A stretch of 64,000 bases of DNA from assembly GCA_030704615.1 (NCBI GenBank), contig CM060734.1, positions 50,902,001-50,966,000 on the forward strand, in the 5' to 3' direction. Below are positions 1-13,577 of this stretch, piece after piece. The notes under the pieces are model-generated. The model did no database searches. It was not told the origin of the DNA and saw nothing but the letters and a program-made list of their open reading frames with translations. Every line of letters starts with the position of its first letter. Position 1 is the first letter of the stretch. The DNA comes from Takakia lepidozioides (taxonomy: Eukaryota > Plantae > Bryophyta). Both the position numbers and the translations under genes were made by a program.

Positions 1-1692
1 AGATTTATCCAGGGAAGGAAATAGAAGGGAAACCCACTTATGTCTTTTTCCTGGATGTCAAAAAGGCTTATGACACAGTGTGGAGAGATGGCCTATGGTT
101 CTGCCTCTGGTCTTGTGGATCAAGGGAAGATGTGGAGAGTTGTCCACAACTTGTATGCTCACACCAAAAGCTGTGTCACTGTTAACGGACAGAAGTCCAA
201 CTTCTTTGACATAGACCAAGGTGTAGCTCAAGGATGTACTCTCTCCCCTCTACTCTTCAATGTTTTCATCAATCAACTCCTCGAGGATGTGAAAGTGAGG
301 GATTTGGGTTAAGGGTGGGTGATACCACCATACCAGCCCTTATTTTGCGGATGACTTCGTAGGCATAGGGGAGACTCCAACCAATCTCCAGGAGTTGATT
401 GATTGCGCGAAGAGATACTTTGATCTTTGGGGGCTAGAGGCTAATGTCAGCAAATGTGCAGTGGTAGCATTCAACGACAGAGGAGAGGGAGGAAGTGATC
501 TTAAGTGGCAGTGGGGTAGCCAAGAGATCCCGGTCTTCCTACACTTACCTGGGCGTTGAGTTCTCCTCCAATTGTAATTGGTATGCACATATCCGGAAAG
601 TTGTTCAAACTGGCAAGGGCAAAGCTGGGGCTCACTAAATTTTTCCACTGCAGAGGGGTCAACTCTGAGGTTAAGAAAACCATGCTTTGTCGTGTTATTA
701 GACCTGCCTTGGAGTACGGATCTGCTATATGGTTTGATAACTCCAACCAGGCTAAGTCTCTAGAATCCATTCAAGGGGGGTGCTTAAGGAGTGTATGTCA
801 GCATGCTCCAAAACAGCCAATGTGGCTGTTCGGGGTGAGTTTGGCATTCCGTCCTTAAGCTCCCGACGAGATGAATTCAAGGTCAGATGGTGGGGTCAAC
901 TGCAACATATGCCCAACACCAGATATCCTAAGTTAATCGACTCTATATCTTGGAAACAGGACCGCCCTGTCAAACAGTCTAAGTCCTGGCAGAAGAGAGT
1001 AGAAGAGATCCTCAAGGACCTGGACCTGGATCCGCAAGTCTTGATCCTGCTGGATAAATCTGACTTAGAGGCTGTAGTGTCCTCAGCCATGTCTGTTGCA
1101 ATGAGATTGTCTGATTAAAATGAAGTTAGGCAGAAAACTTCCCTAAACTTGTTTCCAGTCTGTGACATGGGGGAGGACATCTTGGATGACCTCAAGGGTC
1201 TACCCACTCTCGGCACTAGACTGAAATTTAAACTTGGGGCAGGAAGCCTACCTTTGAACAGCAAACAGAAGCAGAGAGGAAAGGGAGAGTGCAATTGCCC
1301 GTTGTGTGGGCAATCTGAAGACAGTATTCATTTTCTGATACACTGTCCGGGTTCTCTCACCAAAGAGACGCTCTCTTCAAATCTATTAAGGGAATTGTGC
1401 CTGTACCCCTGTTCACCAACTTTGAAAGTCTCAAGGCTGAGCCAAAAGCCCAGGCCCTCCTGAGGCCTAGTTTTTGGGCAAATCACACACTGCAGATTGA
1501 TGCTTGTGTGAAGGGATTTCTAGTGGATATCTGGAAAACCCGGATTAATTCTTTATATGGAGGTAAGTCTTACTACCAACGTCAGCCCCTGACAGAGGTA
1601 GGTTCCGTCTCTTTTGTTCCCGCTCAAACTGGGCGCGGGGTCAATGGCCACAAGGCTACGGCAAACAACGTCTTATGAGTACAATCTATCCT
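1..1692 (+). mobile_element. Non-LTR retrotransposon (RTEX/RTE-like LINE), 3' part of ORF2, frameshifted
   Basis: RT motifs KAYDTV, QGCTLSPLLFN (ORF 40-312) and FADD (~343-354), RPALEYG, and C-terminal CPLC..EDSIHFLIHCP finger (~1295-1348). Ends in tacaatctatcctat. Confidence 0.85.
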
Positions 1693-2593
1693 ATTTGTAT
1701 GCGCAGTGGTGGCATTCAACGACCGTGGGGAGGGAGGAGGCGACCTCAAGTGGCAGTGGGGAATCCAAGAGATTCATGTCCTCCCTTCCTACACATACCT
1801 TGGCATTGAGTTTTCCTCCAACTGTAATTGGGAAGCGCACATACAAAAAGTGATTCAATCTGGCAAGCGCAAAGCGTTGGGTCTCACTTTGCTAAGTCTC
1901 TACAATCCATTCAAGTGGGGGTGCTTGAGCAAGGAGTGCATGTCAGCATGCTCCAAAACAACTAATGTGGCTGTTCGGGGTGAGTTTGGCATTCCTCCCT
2001 TAAGCTCCCGACGTGATGAATTCAAGGTCAGATGGTGGCGTCAGCTGCAACTTATGACTAATACCAGATATTCTACGTTATCGACTCTATATCTTGGAAG
2101 CATGATCGCCCTGTCAAACAGGCTAAGTCCCGGCAGAAGAGGGTAGAAGAGATTTTCAAGGATCTGAATCCAAGTCCACAAGCCATGACCCTGCTAGATA
2201 AATCTGACTTAGAGGCTGAAATTTCCAAAGCCATGTCTGTTGAGGCCATCATGGATGACCTCAAGGGTTTACCCACTCTTGGCACTAGACTGAAATTCAA
2301 ACTCAGTGCAGGTAGCCTACCTTTGAACAGCAAACAGATGCTGAGAGGAAAGGGAGATTGTAAGTGCCCGTTGTGTGGGCAACCTGAAGACTATATCCAT
2401 TTCCTGATTCATTGACGAGTCATTGACCTAGGTACTCTCACCAGAGAGATACCCTCTTCAAAATTTCCATCCAGGGAATTGTTCATGTACCTCTGTTTAC
2501 CAACTAAAATGTCGAGGCTGAGCCAATTTGAGAAGCCCATGCCCTTTTGAGTCTAGTTATTAGGCAAATCACACATCAGATTGATTTTCTTAG

Positions 2594-2859
2594 TGAAAGA
2601 TTGCTTTATTACAATCAGCTTAGGAACATACTAGGCTAGAATGATCCAAAGAGTGAACACACATGGTATTTAACACCTATCTTAATTTAAGGATGGAGTA
2701 ATAGCTACCAGCTGCCAGCAGTACTTGGACCTATCTATCTACCACACGGTAATTAATATAACTTCATACATATCTATAAGCATAATTATAGCACCTAACT
2801 CCCTTAGGACTATTACTAAGATTAGAACCTTGATACCTACACCTGTAGGTGATTTAACA
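2594..2859 (-). repeat. Copia-1 3' LTR
   Basis: Direct repeat of 7094-7370 with TG..CA ends; purine tract abuts it on the minus strand. Confidence 0.93.
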
Positions 2860-2866
2860 CCCCCTC

Positions 2867-5800
2867 TCAGTCCTCAGGTACCCTGATTCCTTCAAGATGT
2901 CGAGAACATGAAGAGCTCTTGCCAACATCTCCTTTTGCTTCTGCTAGACTACACATGCCAAGCTTACTTCTAAATTTCTCAAACTTGATCCGCCCCAATG
3001 GCTTTGTGAAGATATCTGCCGCTTGCTCACATGTAGAAACATGAATGAGGTCGATTTCTTTGCTTTCCACTTTTTCACGAATGAAATGATGATGCACTTC
3101 AATGTGCTTTGTTCGAGCGTGGAATATAGGATTTTTAGCGATCTTAGCGCTGCTCTGATTGTCGCAAAGAATTGCAGTTGGCCTTTCGCCCAAAATTCCA
3201 ACTTCTTCCCAAAGTTTCCTCAACCACATGGCTTCCTTTGCAGCTTCCAGCTTCCATAAGTGCCCTATATTCAGCTTTTGTGGACGACAATGCGACTGTG
3301 GCTTGTTTCTTAGAGCACCAAGTTACAACACCATCTCCAATTCGAAAGATGTAACCACTTGTAGAGTGCCGCTGATTGTGATCACCGGCCCAATCGGCAT
3401 CTGAAAACCCGTTTAGCTCATTGCCTTGCGGTACAAAATTCCGAAATCAAGTGTGCCTCGGATGTAACGGAGAATATGCTTAACAGCATCAAGGTAAGGC
3501 TGTTGGGGCTCTGCAATGAATCTACTCACAATTCCAAACGAAAAGACAAGATCAGGCCTTGTATTACAATAGTAAATGAGTTTACTGATCATCCTCCGGT
3601 ATTGATATTGGCATACAAAGACACTTGCAGGAATATGAGATAATTCTGCACCTAAGTACAAGGATGCTAGACCCAAGTCAGTCATCTCGTATTTGTTGAG
3701 GAGTTGTTCAGGAAGCCAAACGATCTTCTCCTTGTGACTTCCTGTGATCAGCAAATCGTCAACATAAAGCACTAAAAGTACAATTTTGCCATCTTCAATC
3801 AGATAGTACAAGTTGTAATCCGCATTGCTTTTAAGCATTCCTTGAGTTCTCAAGTAGGCATCAATATTGGCATACCAAGCTCTTGGAGCTTGCTTTAGCC
3901 CATAAAGTGCCTTAAGCAGCAAACATACCAATCTCTCACAACCTGAAACAACAAAGCCCTCGGGCTGCTCCATATATACCTCCTCTTGAAGAAGACCATT
4001 CAAGAAGGCCGTCTTCACATCTAGATGGATAATAGGCCATCCTTCGTGAGCAGCCAAAGTGATCATGAATCGAATTGTTGCCCATTTAACAGTAGGAGCA
4101 AACATCTCGTCAAAATCGAGTCCTTCAGTCTGTTCAAATCCACGCGTCACCAGGCGCGCCGTAAGCTTGTTCGCTGCACCATCTGCCTGCTTCTTCACTT
4201 TATATATCCATTTGGCAGTTATAGGACGTTTGCCTGGAGGCAATATTACTAACTGCCAAGTTCAATTCTTCTTAATTGAAGCCATCTCCTGCTCCATAGT
4301 TACTTGCCATCCTAGAATTGAAGCTGCCTCTACATACGTGAGTGGCTCAAATGGCGAAGTTTCAACGAGATTAACATAGTCGTTGAAGCGGGCAAGGGGA
4401 CGTCTCTCCCGAATTGGTCGAGTAGACACTAGTGCTGAGACAGGGACCTCCTCTTGAGGTAGTTGTGAGGCAGGATTTTTGGGCTGGTTGTCGGAAGTTA
4501 CATGTTCAGTTGGCAGATCAACGTGCAAATCGATAGCTGGTGGAGAGGCAGGTTGTCCAGTAGCATCCTCTGATTGTGTAGTTAGTTCCAAGATCGTGAT
4601 GATTGTGTCAGTTGACATAGGTTGGATACTGGTGGGCATATCAAATTTGAGCTCATCTTGCGTAGAGAGTACTTCAACAAACCTAACATCCCGACTGATG
4701 AAAACCTTGCGAGTTGCAGGGTTGAACAATCGATATCCTTTGGTTACTATATCGTAACCCACCATTACACATTCGACAGACTTGGAATCCAGCTTATCTC
4801 TCTTATGTTTCTCAACATGCACATATGCTTTGCTCCCGAAAATACGCAGATGAGACAGATTAGGCTTAATACCTGAGAATCGTTGGTAGGGTGTGACTCC
4901 AGAATTGGCACGAGTTGGTGACCTGTTCAGAAGGTAGGCAGCACAATTGACTGCTTCACTCCACAAATACTTAGGAAATGAGTTCTCCAAAAATAAACTT
5001 CTTGCATGCTCCATCAAAGTTCGATTCTTCCTCTCAGAGATGTCATTTTGCTGTGGCGTGTGTGGATTAGTAAGTTGCCTCTAGATTCCTTCAGCATTGC
5101 AGAAGTTGATGAAGTCCTGAGACAGAATTCTCCACCACGGTCTGTATGCAAGCAATTGATGGTTTTTCCTGTAGCTTTCTCTATCATAACTTTAAAGTTC
5201 TTGAAGCAAGAAAAATCTTCACTTTTCTACTTGAGAAAGTACACCCATGTAAATCTACTGTAGTCATCTATTATACCCATAAAGTACTTGGAGCCAGATA
5301 AAGAAGGTGCTGGAAGGGGTCCACATAGATCTACATGCACTAGTTCTAATATCTGTTTTGCTCTTTGTTCACTAGAACGAGGAAATCTTTCCCTCTGCTG
5401 CTTTCTTCGTATGCATGCCCCGCAGACTTCTGAAAGGAGAGGGAGTCGAGGCATTCCTAGAACCTTCCCACTGTTACTTAGAAAATAAAGACTATGGTGG
5501 TGTAAGTGACCGAGCCTTCTGTGCCATAACCTAGCTGACTCCTGGACTTCGACAGTGTTCACCTCGGGGAGAGACTTATCGTCAGATGACAATTTATACA
5601 ATCCAGAGGATATTCGTTTTCCTTGCAAGATCAATTTGTGAGGTCTTTTTTTTTCCACAAACAAACACTTTCTATGGTGAAATATACCAAGATGGCCCTT
5701 ATCAGCTAGTGCACTAACAGAAAGTAGATTATGAGTAATGCTAGGGACGTAAAGGACATCGGTTATGTGCTTTATTGATCCATTTTGCATTATACTTGCA

Positions 5801-6831
5801 TGACCCTTCCCCTTTACAGAGTGATGAGAGCCTTCAGCAGATCGGACACTAGTAGCACTACCACCTCGGGGGTCCATATCATGGAGAATCTTTGGATTGC
5901 CCATCACATGCTTACTTGCGCCAGAATCAACGATCCAGGAGGTTGGTTTTTCCTTGGACGAAACTCCTTTATCTTGAATGTTGAGGGCAGCCAATGCTAC
6001 CTCAAGCATCTCAGCTGCTTCACCGTCGTCATCCTCTTCTTCTGACTCCTCTGGTGCCTCCTCAACGACGTGGGCAGTTTGCTGATTTCCTGCCTTCAAG
6101 ATCTCCTCATATGGCATTGCACAGTTCCTGGCCCAATGGCCCTCCTTGCCACATCTATTGCAAACAGATGTTGAAGTCTTTTGTTGATAAGGAGGTATGC
6201 CATTTCGTTTGTATGCTTGCTTGAACTTTATCCACAGTGCTTCATCGTGGTTCAACTTTCGACCCCTCAGTTCTCGCCGGCTCTCCTCATGTAGCAATTT
6301 CGTGATCAGCTCCGGAGGATTAGGGAGCTCCCTCTGTGCAATAATCGCATCACTGTAGGCAGTGTATGATTCTGGCAACGCGTTCAAGATATATTCCACA
6401 ACAGTGTCTTCCTCGATTTCTTCACCAAAGCTAGTGAGCTGGGCTACCAGATTGGTAATTTCCTCAAGAAAATCTTCCATAGAGGCTCCCTCCTCCATTC
6501 TGATGCCTTGAAGCTTGTTTCTCACTGACATCTTTCTGGCAGAAAACCTGTCATCGTACTTTTTAGCTAGGGCATCCCAGCCTTCCTTAGGCTCGTTGAG
6601 ATGAGAGACATAATGGATCACCTTATCTATAAGAGAGAGATTGATAATGGTGTAAGCACGTTGTTTCTTCCTCCTAAACTCATCCATGTTTTGCCCTTCA
6701 GTCTTAACCCATTCAAGGATATCCTCTCTGAGAAGATGGTTTTTTACTTTAAACTTCCACACCTCATGTTTCTTCTTTCCAGCAAGCTTATCTTCTTGGG
6801 AAATGGAAAAACTGCTACCCCCTTTGGCCAT
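2867..6831 (-). pseudogene. Copia-1 gag-pol (gag, Zn knuckle, protease, integrase, RT, RNase H), disrupted
   Basis: CNRCGKEGHWARNC, WIVDSGASKH, LWHRRLGH, HVDLCGP, HLDVKTAFLNG, LYVDDLL, CDNQSS..HARTKHIEVHHHFIRE spread over several frames. In-frame deletion in RT relative to Copia-2. Confidence 0.93.
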
Positions 6832-7057
6832 CTTGAGACTATACAAAGAGAGATGCAAAATAAAATAAAATAAAATAAATAAACACACACTGTCTGGAGC
6901 AATGTTCACAGATTACAATCTTGTTGGAGTCACAAATATTACGATCTTGGGGGAGCAATGCTACACACCGACATGGAGGTACTTCCTAGTGACCTCAAAG
7001 CCCTGAGAAACATACTATGATTCAGTCGCCTATCCTGCTCTGATACCATGAAAGATT

Positions 7058-7093
7058 TTTTATTTTTATTTTTTTTGAGAAGTACAATAGTGG
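7058..7093 (-). mobile_element. Tiny A-tailed retroposed insertion with 9-bp TSD
   Basis: TGAAAGATT at 7049-7057 and 7094-7102 flanks 36 bp that reads CCACTATTGTACTTCTC plus an A-rich tail on the minus strand. Absent from the other LTR. Confidence 0.7.
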
Positions 7094-7370
7094 TGAAAGA
7101 TTGCTATATTACAATCAGCTTAGGAACATACTAGGCTAGAATGATCCAAAGAGTGAACACACATGGTATTTAACTAGGCTAAGCACCTGACTTAATTTAA
7201 GGATGGAGTAATAGTTACCAACTGTCAGCAGTACTTGGACCTATCTATCTACCACACCACACTGTAATATAACTTCATACATATCTATAAGCATAATTAT
7301 AGCACCTAACTCCCTAAGGACTGTTACTAAGATTAGAATCTTGATACCTACACCTATACGTGATTTAACA
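7094..7370 (-). repeat. Copia-1 5' LTR
   Basis: Direct repeat of 2594-2859; followed by TSD CTTAG. Confidence 0.93.
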
Positions 7371-8642
7371 CTTAGTGTGAAGGGATTTCAACATGATATC
7401 GGAAAACTCGGATCAATTGTAGGTTCCAATGTATGTCACACTACCAACGTCTGTCCTGACAAAGGTACTTTCTGTTGCTTTGTGTGCTCAAACTGGGCGC
7501 AGGGTCAATGGCCGCAAAGCTACGACAAACAACGTCTTATGAGTACATTCTATCTTATGTGTCAAAATCACCATGTTTTTAGTTGAAGCTGACTATGAGA
7601 CGAGCAAGAGAGAGCGATCGAGGTTGCAGAGGTTGTGATCAAAGAGATTGAAGCAGAAGAACAGGAAGCTCTGAAATTCCTTGAAGATGTCCGCCTCTCC
7701 TTCCCCCAGGTACTATACAGTCATTGGAAGAATTTACTGTAGACTGCCTTCGTGCCTGTGCAGTTGGCACTGCCTGATGGAATTTAATACCAAAGGTTTG
7801 GAGCCATAGGCCATAGAGACAGTCCCAGCACAGTGCAAACACGTGTGTTGGGTGAAGGAGAGGCCGGGATGTAGGTTGTGCGGGTGGTGAAGACAAAGCA
7901 AGTTATGTATGCTATTCTGGAGGAGTCTGGAGGAGGCAGGGCTTTTAGAGGCCCAGGAGACCCTCCATGTGTACGATGTTGTTCAGGTTTTGATCTTTCT
8001 AGGTGAACATGTCTTTTGCTCTCTCCAGTGTTTATCTACCAGAAGGACGTGGTGGCTGATAAGCTAGAGAGTTAATTGCAGTTTGTCTACTGAAAATCCA
8101 GCTGCATCTGGTCCGCCAAATGTGCCACATAATGGAAGCTCTGAATGTGTCATAAACGGGGAAAGACAGGCTGGGCTTTTGATTTCCTGCAAGTAGTTCA
8201 GAAAGACAGATACAAGAGCAAAGTCGCGGCCTAGGTCCCTGTGATGGTAAAAAGAGTGCGCCAGAGGCCAGATCATGGATGCCCCTATACAAAACAGAAG
8301 GCGGTGTTCCAGTAATACAATAATGCAGGAAGCACATGTTTTGCAGAGGAGAGCTTCGGGAAAGAAGAGCCCCTCGACAGTTGGCAGGGTGCTGTTGGCT
8401 ATTTGCCAGAGAAAGGACGAAGTTTTGGCAGATCAATTTTTTTCCAGATTGAGGTCCACATACATTGCTCCTCTGCTCCAAAGTTGCTCCATTTGTTATC
8501 CCACTTCTCCTGTAGGTTTAGGCGTGATAGGAGCTCTATATAAATCTTTTAAGTTGTCATGGCGAAGAATGATTATGTCTTGATTTGAAAAAGCCATTCC
8601 CATTCCCCTGGGTCCAATTGCTATCCTCAATCCACACAAAAC

Positions 8643-8916
8643 TGTTAAATTAGTAATGCAAGCATTAGTGTACCATTGATTATTCAGCCCTCGGGTTTAA
8701 TGTCTTCACTATATTCTCGCGGATAGCAGTAGATATGCCAGTTGGTTAGCAGTTAATCCCACCATAGTAGGTAGGATAGACTTCATTAGTTGGTAGTTAA
8801 TTACTTATGCAATTACTTTCTACAGCTCATGTGTCCATGATATAAGGGCCTGAGGTTCACTATGCAACTATTCTAGCCTTCGATCCTCATGCAGTTGGTA
8901 CACTGCTCATTCTACA
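8643..8916 (+). repeat. Copia-2 5' LTR
   Basis: TG..CA ends, followed by the iMet PBS. Confidence 0.95.
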
Positions 8917-9281
8917 TGGTATCAGAGCTCGGGGGGGCAATAGAATCATAGTTTCTTTCAGGGTTTGAGGTCACTAGGAAGCACCTCTGGTGTGAAGCAC
9001 TGCTCCCCCAGCGTTGGATGTCTTGTTGATTCGATTTTGTGATCCTGTGAGCTCTGCTCCAGAACTGTTTGTTTTATTGCAAAATTCTTGTTCCAAAAAT
9101 TCTTTCCACTCTAGAAATTTCTCACGGGCCTGTAGTTCATGCACCTCTCAATTGTCTATGAACGTCATCTTTCCTCCACTCACTACTTTGTAAAATTGAT
9201 TTATCTCGAGATCCCTCTCTCTCTCTTGCCGTCCTTAGTTTTTGATTAATTTTTTCTTTCTAACCCCCTTCAGCAGCCGTC

Positions 9282-12200
9282 ATGGGAAATGGATCAGACT
9301 TGATCATCCCTCAGCAAGACAAGCTGACAGGGCAACTACTCAGTATGGAAGTTCAAGGTCACAAATCTGTTGGGAGGGAGCTTGTCCAAGAAGGTGGTGA
9401 AGCAGTCAGGATAAGGAAGAGCTTAGAAGAAGAAGCAGGGCTCTACCATTATAATCTCTCTCTCAGTGACAAGTCATTAAATCATCGAGGCAATGGGTGA
9501 GGAACAAGTTCCATGGATTGAAAATGGAAGAAGGATCCATGGAGGATTCCTTGAGACCATTACTAATCTTGTGGCTCACTTGCTGCTTTGGTGAAGAATT
9601 GAGGAATATATCATTGAGCACATTTTGAATGCCTTACCTGACACGTATACTGCCTACGGTGACGCAATCATGGCGCAGAAAGAGCTTCCTAGTGTTGCAG
9701 AATTAACTTCGAAACTGTTGCACGAGGAAACCAGACGGGAGTTGAAAGGACGAAAGGCTACTCAAGTTGAAGCCTTGTGGGTCAAGTTTAAACGCTTCAG
9801 TAAGGCCTATCAGAGCCAAGGACAAGGTGGAGGTCGACCTTCATCACAAAGATCTTCTATTATCACCACCTGCAACCGCTGCAGCAAGGAGGGCCATTGG
9901 GCAAAGGATTGTCCGGTTCCGTACGAAGAGATTTTGAAGAACCGTAATCAGCATGACAACATGGTTGAAGATGCACCTAACGAATCTGACAAAGACAACT
10001 GCATTGGGGCAGCTGAAATGTTGGAAGTAGCCATGGCCGCTCTCGACATGCAAGGAGATCTCATTGCCGGGGAAAAGAAAGCTTCATGGATTATTGACTC
10101 CGGTGCTAGTAAGCACGTGACCGGCAACTCAGAAATTCTTCATGATCTAAAGGGTTGTAGCAGCACTTCTAGTGTGCGATCCGCTGGTGGCACCTACCAC
10201 AATGTGGAGGGAAAAGGCCATACCAATGTATTACAAAATGGATCAATAAAGCGCATTACTGACGTTTTGTACGTCCCTGGCATGACGAAGAATTTATTAT
10301 TTGTTGGTGCTTTGGCTGATAAAGGACATCTTGGAATCTTTGATGCCAGGAAATGCTTGTTTGTAGAGAAAGAAAGACCTCACAGAGTAGTTCTTCACAG
10401 AGAACGAATTAAATCTACTGGATTGTACAACCTAAAGTCATCTGATCAAACTTCATTTGAGGTCAATAGCTGTATGGAATTTGACAAGATTATTCGGCTG
10501 TGGCATAGGAGGCTTGGTCATCTTAATTATCGCAGTCTCTATTATCTGAGCAACAGTGGCAAGGTCTTGGGGATGCCAAAGCTCCCACTCATTTCTGAGA
10601 CGTGCAAGGTCTATATGCTTGGTAAGTAGCATCGAGAAAGGTTTCCCTGCTCCAGTGAACATAGAGCCAAAGCCATTTTGGAATTGGTTCATATAGATCT
10701 GTGTGGACCTTTACCCGTGGCATCACTATCCGGGTCCAAGTACTTCATGGCAATGACGGACGATTACAGTAGATTTACGGGGGTATATTTTCTCAAGCGA
10801 AACGGAGAAGCATTCAACTATTTCAAGGAGTTTAAGGCGATGATTGAAAAGGCAACAAAAAAATCAATTAAATGCCTTAGAACAGACAGGGGTGGCGAAT
10901 TTCTTTTCGAAGAGTTCACTAATTTCTGCAAACGGGAAGGGATTCAACGACAACTGACGCAATCATATACCCCACAGCAGAATGGAATTTCAGAGCGGAA
11001 AAACCGAACCCTTATGGAACAAGCTCGGAGCTTACTGCACAAAAATTCGCTTCCCAAATATCTCTGGACGGAAGCAATTAACGTAGCGGCATATCTACTG
11101 AATCGCTCTCCCACACGCGCCAACTCAGGCACTACACCCTACCAAAAATTCTTAGGTATCAAACCTGATCCATCAAACTTGCGTGTCTTTGGTAGCAAAT
11201 CCTTTGTGCATGTTGACAAATGTCATAGGGATAAGCTCGATCCCAAATCCATAGAGTGCATCCTTGTAGGTTATGATAGTGTCACAAAGGGCTATCGCCT
11301 TTATAGTCCCTCAACGCTCAAAGTATTCATTAACCGGGATGTTCAATTTGTGGAAGATAATCCTCTTCAAGCAACTGCTCTTCCCCCATCAGATGGATCT
11401 AGTTTGACCCCTGGTAGTCTCATTTGTCCGGCTCAAGATACGATTACTACATCAAACGAGGACCAAGATGCAGCCCAATCTCCACCAGCTATTGACTTAC
11501 AGGTGGATCTGCCAATTCATCCGACTGTCGCAGAGAGCAGTGGTTGCCCACAACGCCGGTTCACCCACATGAACTACAAGAGGAGGCTTCTATTGTCCAT
11601 GAACCTATTCAATATTCTCGGCCCACTCGAGAGCGTCGGAAACCAACTCGCCTCCAAGATTACATTCATCTTGTGGAATCCCCTATTGTCGAGCCGACGA
11701 CCTTTGAGGAAGCAGCGTGCCATGAATCAAGAAATGGCTTCGATTGACAAAAACCATACATGGGAACTAGTTGATCCACCCCCTGGTATTTGCCCGATAA
11801 CGGCCAAATGGATATACAACGTAAAGCGGAAAGCTGATGGTTCTGTTGGTAAACTCAAAGCCCGCCTTGTTGCTAGAGGATTTGAGCAGACAGAGGGCCT
11901 TGATTATGATGAAACTTTCACTCCAGTTGTGAAATGGGGGACCATCCGGGCTGTTATTGCAATTGCAGGTCATAAAGGTTGGCCCATTTATCATATGGAT
12001 GTAAAGACTGCTTTTCTCAATGGCAATCTTCAAGAGGAGGTATATATGGTCCAACCTCAAGGATATGTTGCGCCTGGAAATGAGACAAAGGTATGTCGAT
12101 TGCTTAAGGCTTTTTATGGGCTCAACAAGCCCCTAGGGCATGGTATTCCAAAATTGACGCCTATCTGAAGTCCCAAGACATGAACAAGAGTAATGCTGAT

Positions 12201-13212
12201 TATAATTTGTATTACTTAAAGAGTGACGGGAAAATCGCAATTCTCATTCTCTACGTGGACGATCTTCTACTCACAGGCAGTCATGTGGAGAAAATTGCAT
12301 GGCTCAGGGAACAACTCTTGAAGGAATACGAAATGACTGATCTTGGTTTAGCAGCCTTGTATCTCGCAGCAGAACTTGCTTATGTCCATGCGGGGATTTT
12401 CATGTGCCAACGCCAATACGCCATCCAGATGTTGAAAGAATTCGGGATGTGGGATTGCAATCCACACAATGTCCCTTGATTGAAGGACTCAAGCTGATTA
12501 CGGATATGCAGGCACCCCAAGCTGATTCGGTGTTGTATCGTAGGATGGTGGGCAAGCTGATTTACTACACTAACACCAGACCAGATCTGGTTTTCTCCGT
12601 TGGTACATTTAGCAGGTTCATGGCAATTCCCCAAGAGCCTCATCTTGAAGCCGTGAAATACATCCTCAGATACATAGGAGGAACCCTGGACTTTGGAATT
12701 TGTATCGAAAGGGCTCAAGCAACGATTTGAATGGATTCTCAGACACTGACTGGACTGGTGACCATGAGCAGCGTCACTCAACTAATGAATATGTGTTTTG
12801 CATCGGAGATAGTGCTATTACCTGGTGCTCAAAAAAACAATCCACAGTAGCCTTATCATCCACTGAAGCAGAATATCGGGCTCTTACTGAGGCTGCTAAA
12901 GAAGCTACTTGGTTGAGAAGATTGTTGGAGGAGCTAGGAACATTGGAAGAAGGGCCAACAATGATTTTGTGTGATAATCAGAGTAGCGCAAAGATAGCCA
13001 AGAATCCTGTGTTTCATGCCAGGACAAAACACATAGAGGTACACCACCATTTCATACGTGAAAAGGTTGAGAGCAAAGAAATCGATTTGATTCATGTACC
13101 CATTGGTGAACAAGTAGATGACATTTTCACCAAGCCACTAGGCCAAATCAAACTCGAGAAATTCAGGGATGAGCTTGGTATGTGCAGTTTAAGGCATGCA
13201 AGCTGGGGATGA
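9282..13212 (+). pseudogene. Copia-2 gag-pol, disrupted
   Basis: CNRCSKEGHWAKDC, WIIDSGASKH, LRTDRGGEF, TPQQNGISER, HMDVKTAFLNG, LYVDDLL, VALSSTEAEY. Contains stops and frameshifts. Confidence 0.93.
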
Positions 13213-13301
13213 TCAACCAGCCATAGCTGTTGCTCTTCTTGCTCTTCATATTCTTGACATCTTCAAAGGAGCTATCACGGTGGCTGAGGACTGAGGGGAG
13301 G

Positions 13302-13577
13302 TGTTAAATTAGTAATGCAAGCATTAGTGTACCATTCATTATTCAGCCCTCGGGTTTAATGTCTTCATTATATTCTCGCGGGTAGCAGTAGATATGCCAG
13401 TTGGTTAGCAGTTAATCCACCACCATAGTAGGTAGGATAGACTTCATTAGTTGGTAGTTAATTACTTTTGCAATTACTTTCTACAACTCATGTGTCCATG
13501 ATATAAGGGCCTGAGGTTCACTATGCAACTATTCTAGCCTTCGATCCTTATGCAGTTGGTACACTGCTCATTCTACA
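13302..13577 (+). repeat. Copia-2 3' LTR
   Basis: TG..CA ends, preceded by the PPT and followed by the TSD. Confidence 0.95.

Larger units (their letters stand above)
2594..7370 (-). mobile_element. Ty1/copia LTR retrotransposon (Copia-1), full length, decayed
   Basis: TG..CA LTRs at 2594-2859 and 7094-7370. TSD CTTAG at 2589-2593 and 7371-7375. PBS TGGTATCAGAGC (iMet) at 7037-7048. PPT at ~2860-2868. Confidence 0.95.
1696..7558 (+). mobile_element. Second, 5'-truncated copy of the same LINE (1696-2593 and 7371-7558), split by Copia-1
   Basis: Starts at the equivalent of ~455 in copy 1 (gcagtggtggcattcaacgac). After the copia it resumes with tgtgaagggattt and ends in the same caacgtcttatgagtaca 3' end. 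Confidence 0.85.
8643..13577 (+). mobile_element. Ty1/copia LTR retrotransposon (Copia-2), full length
   Basis: LTRs 8643-8916 and 13302-13577 differ by about 6 substitutions and one small indel. TSD AAAAC at 8638-8642 and 13578-13582. PBS TGGTATCAGAGC at 8917-8928. PPT GAGGGGAGG at 13293-13301. Confidence 0.96.
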
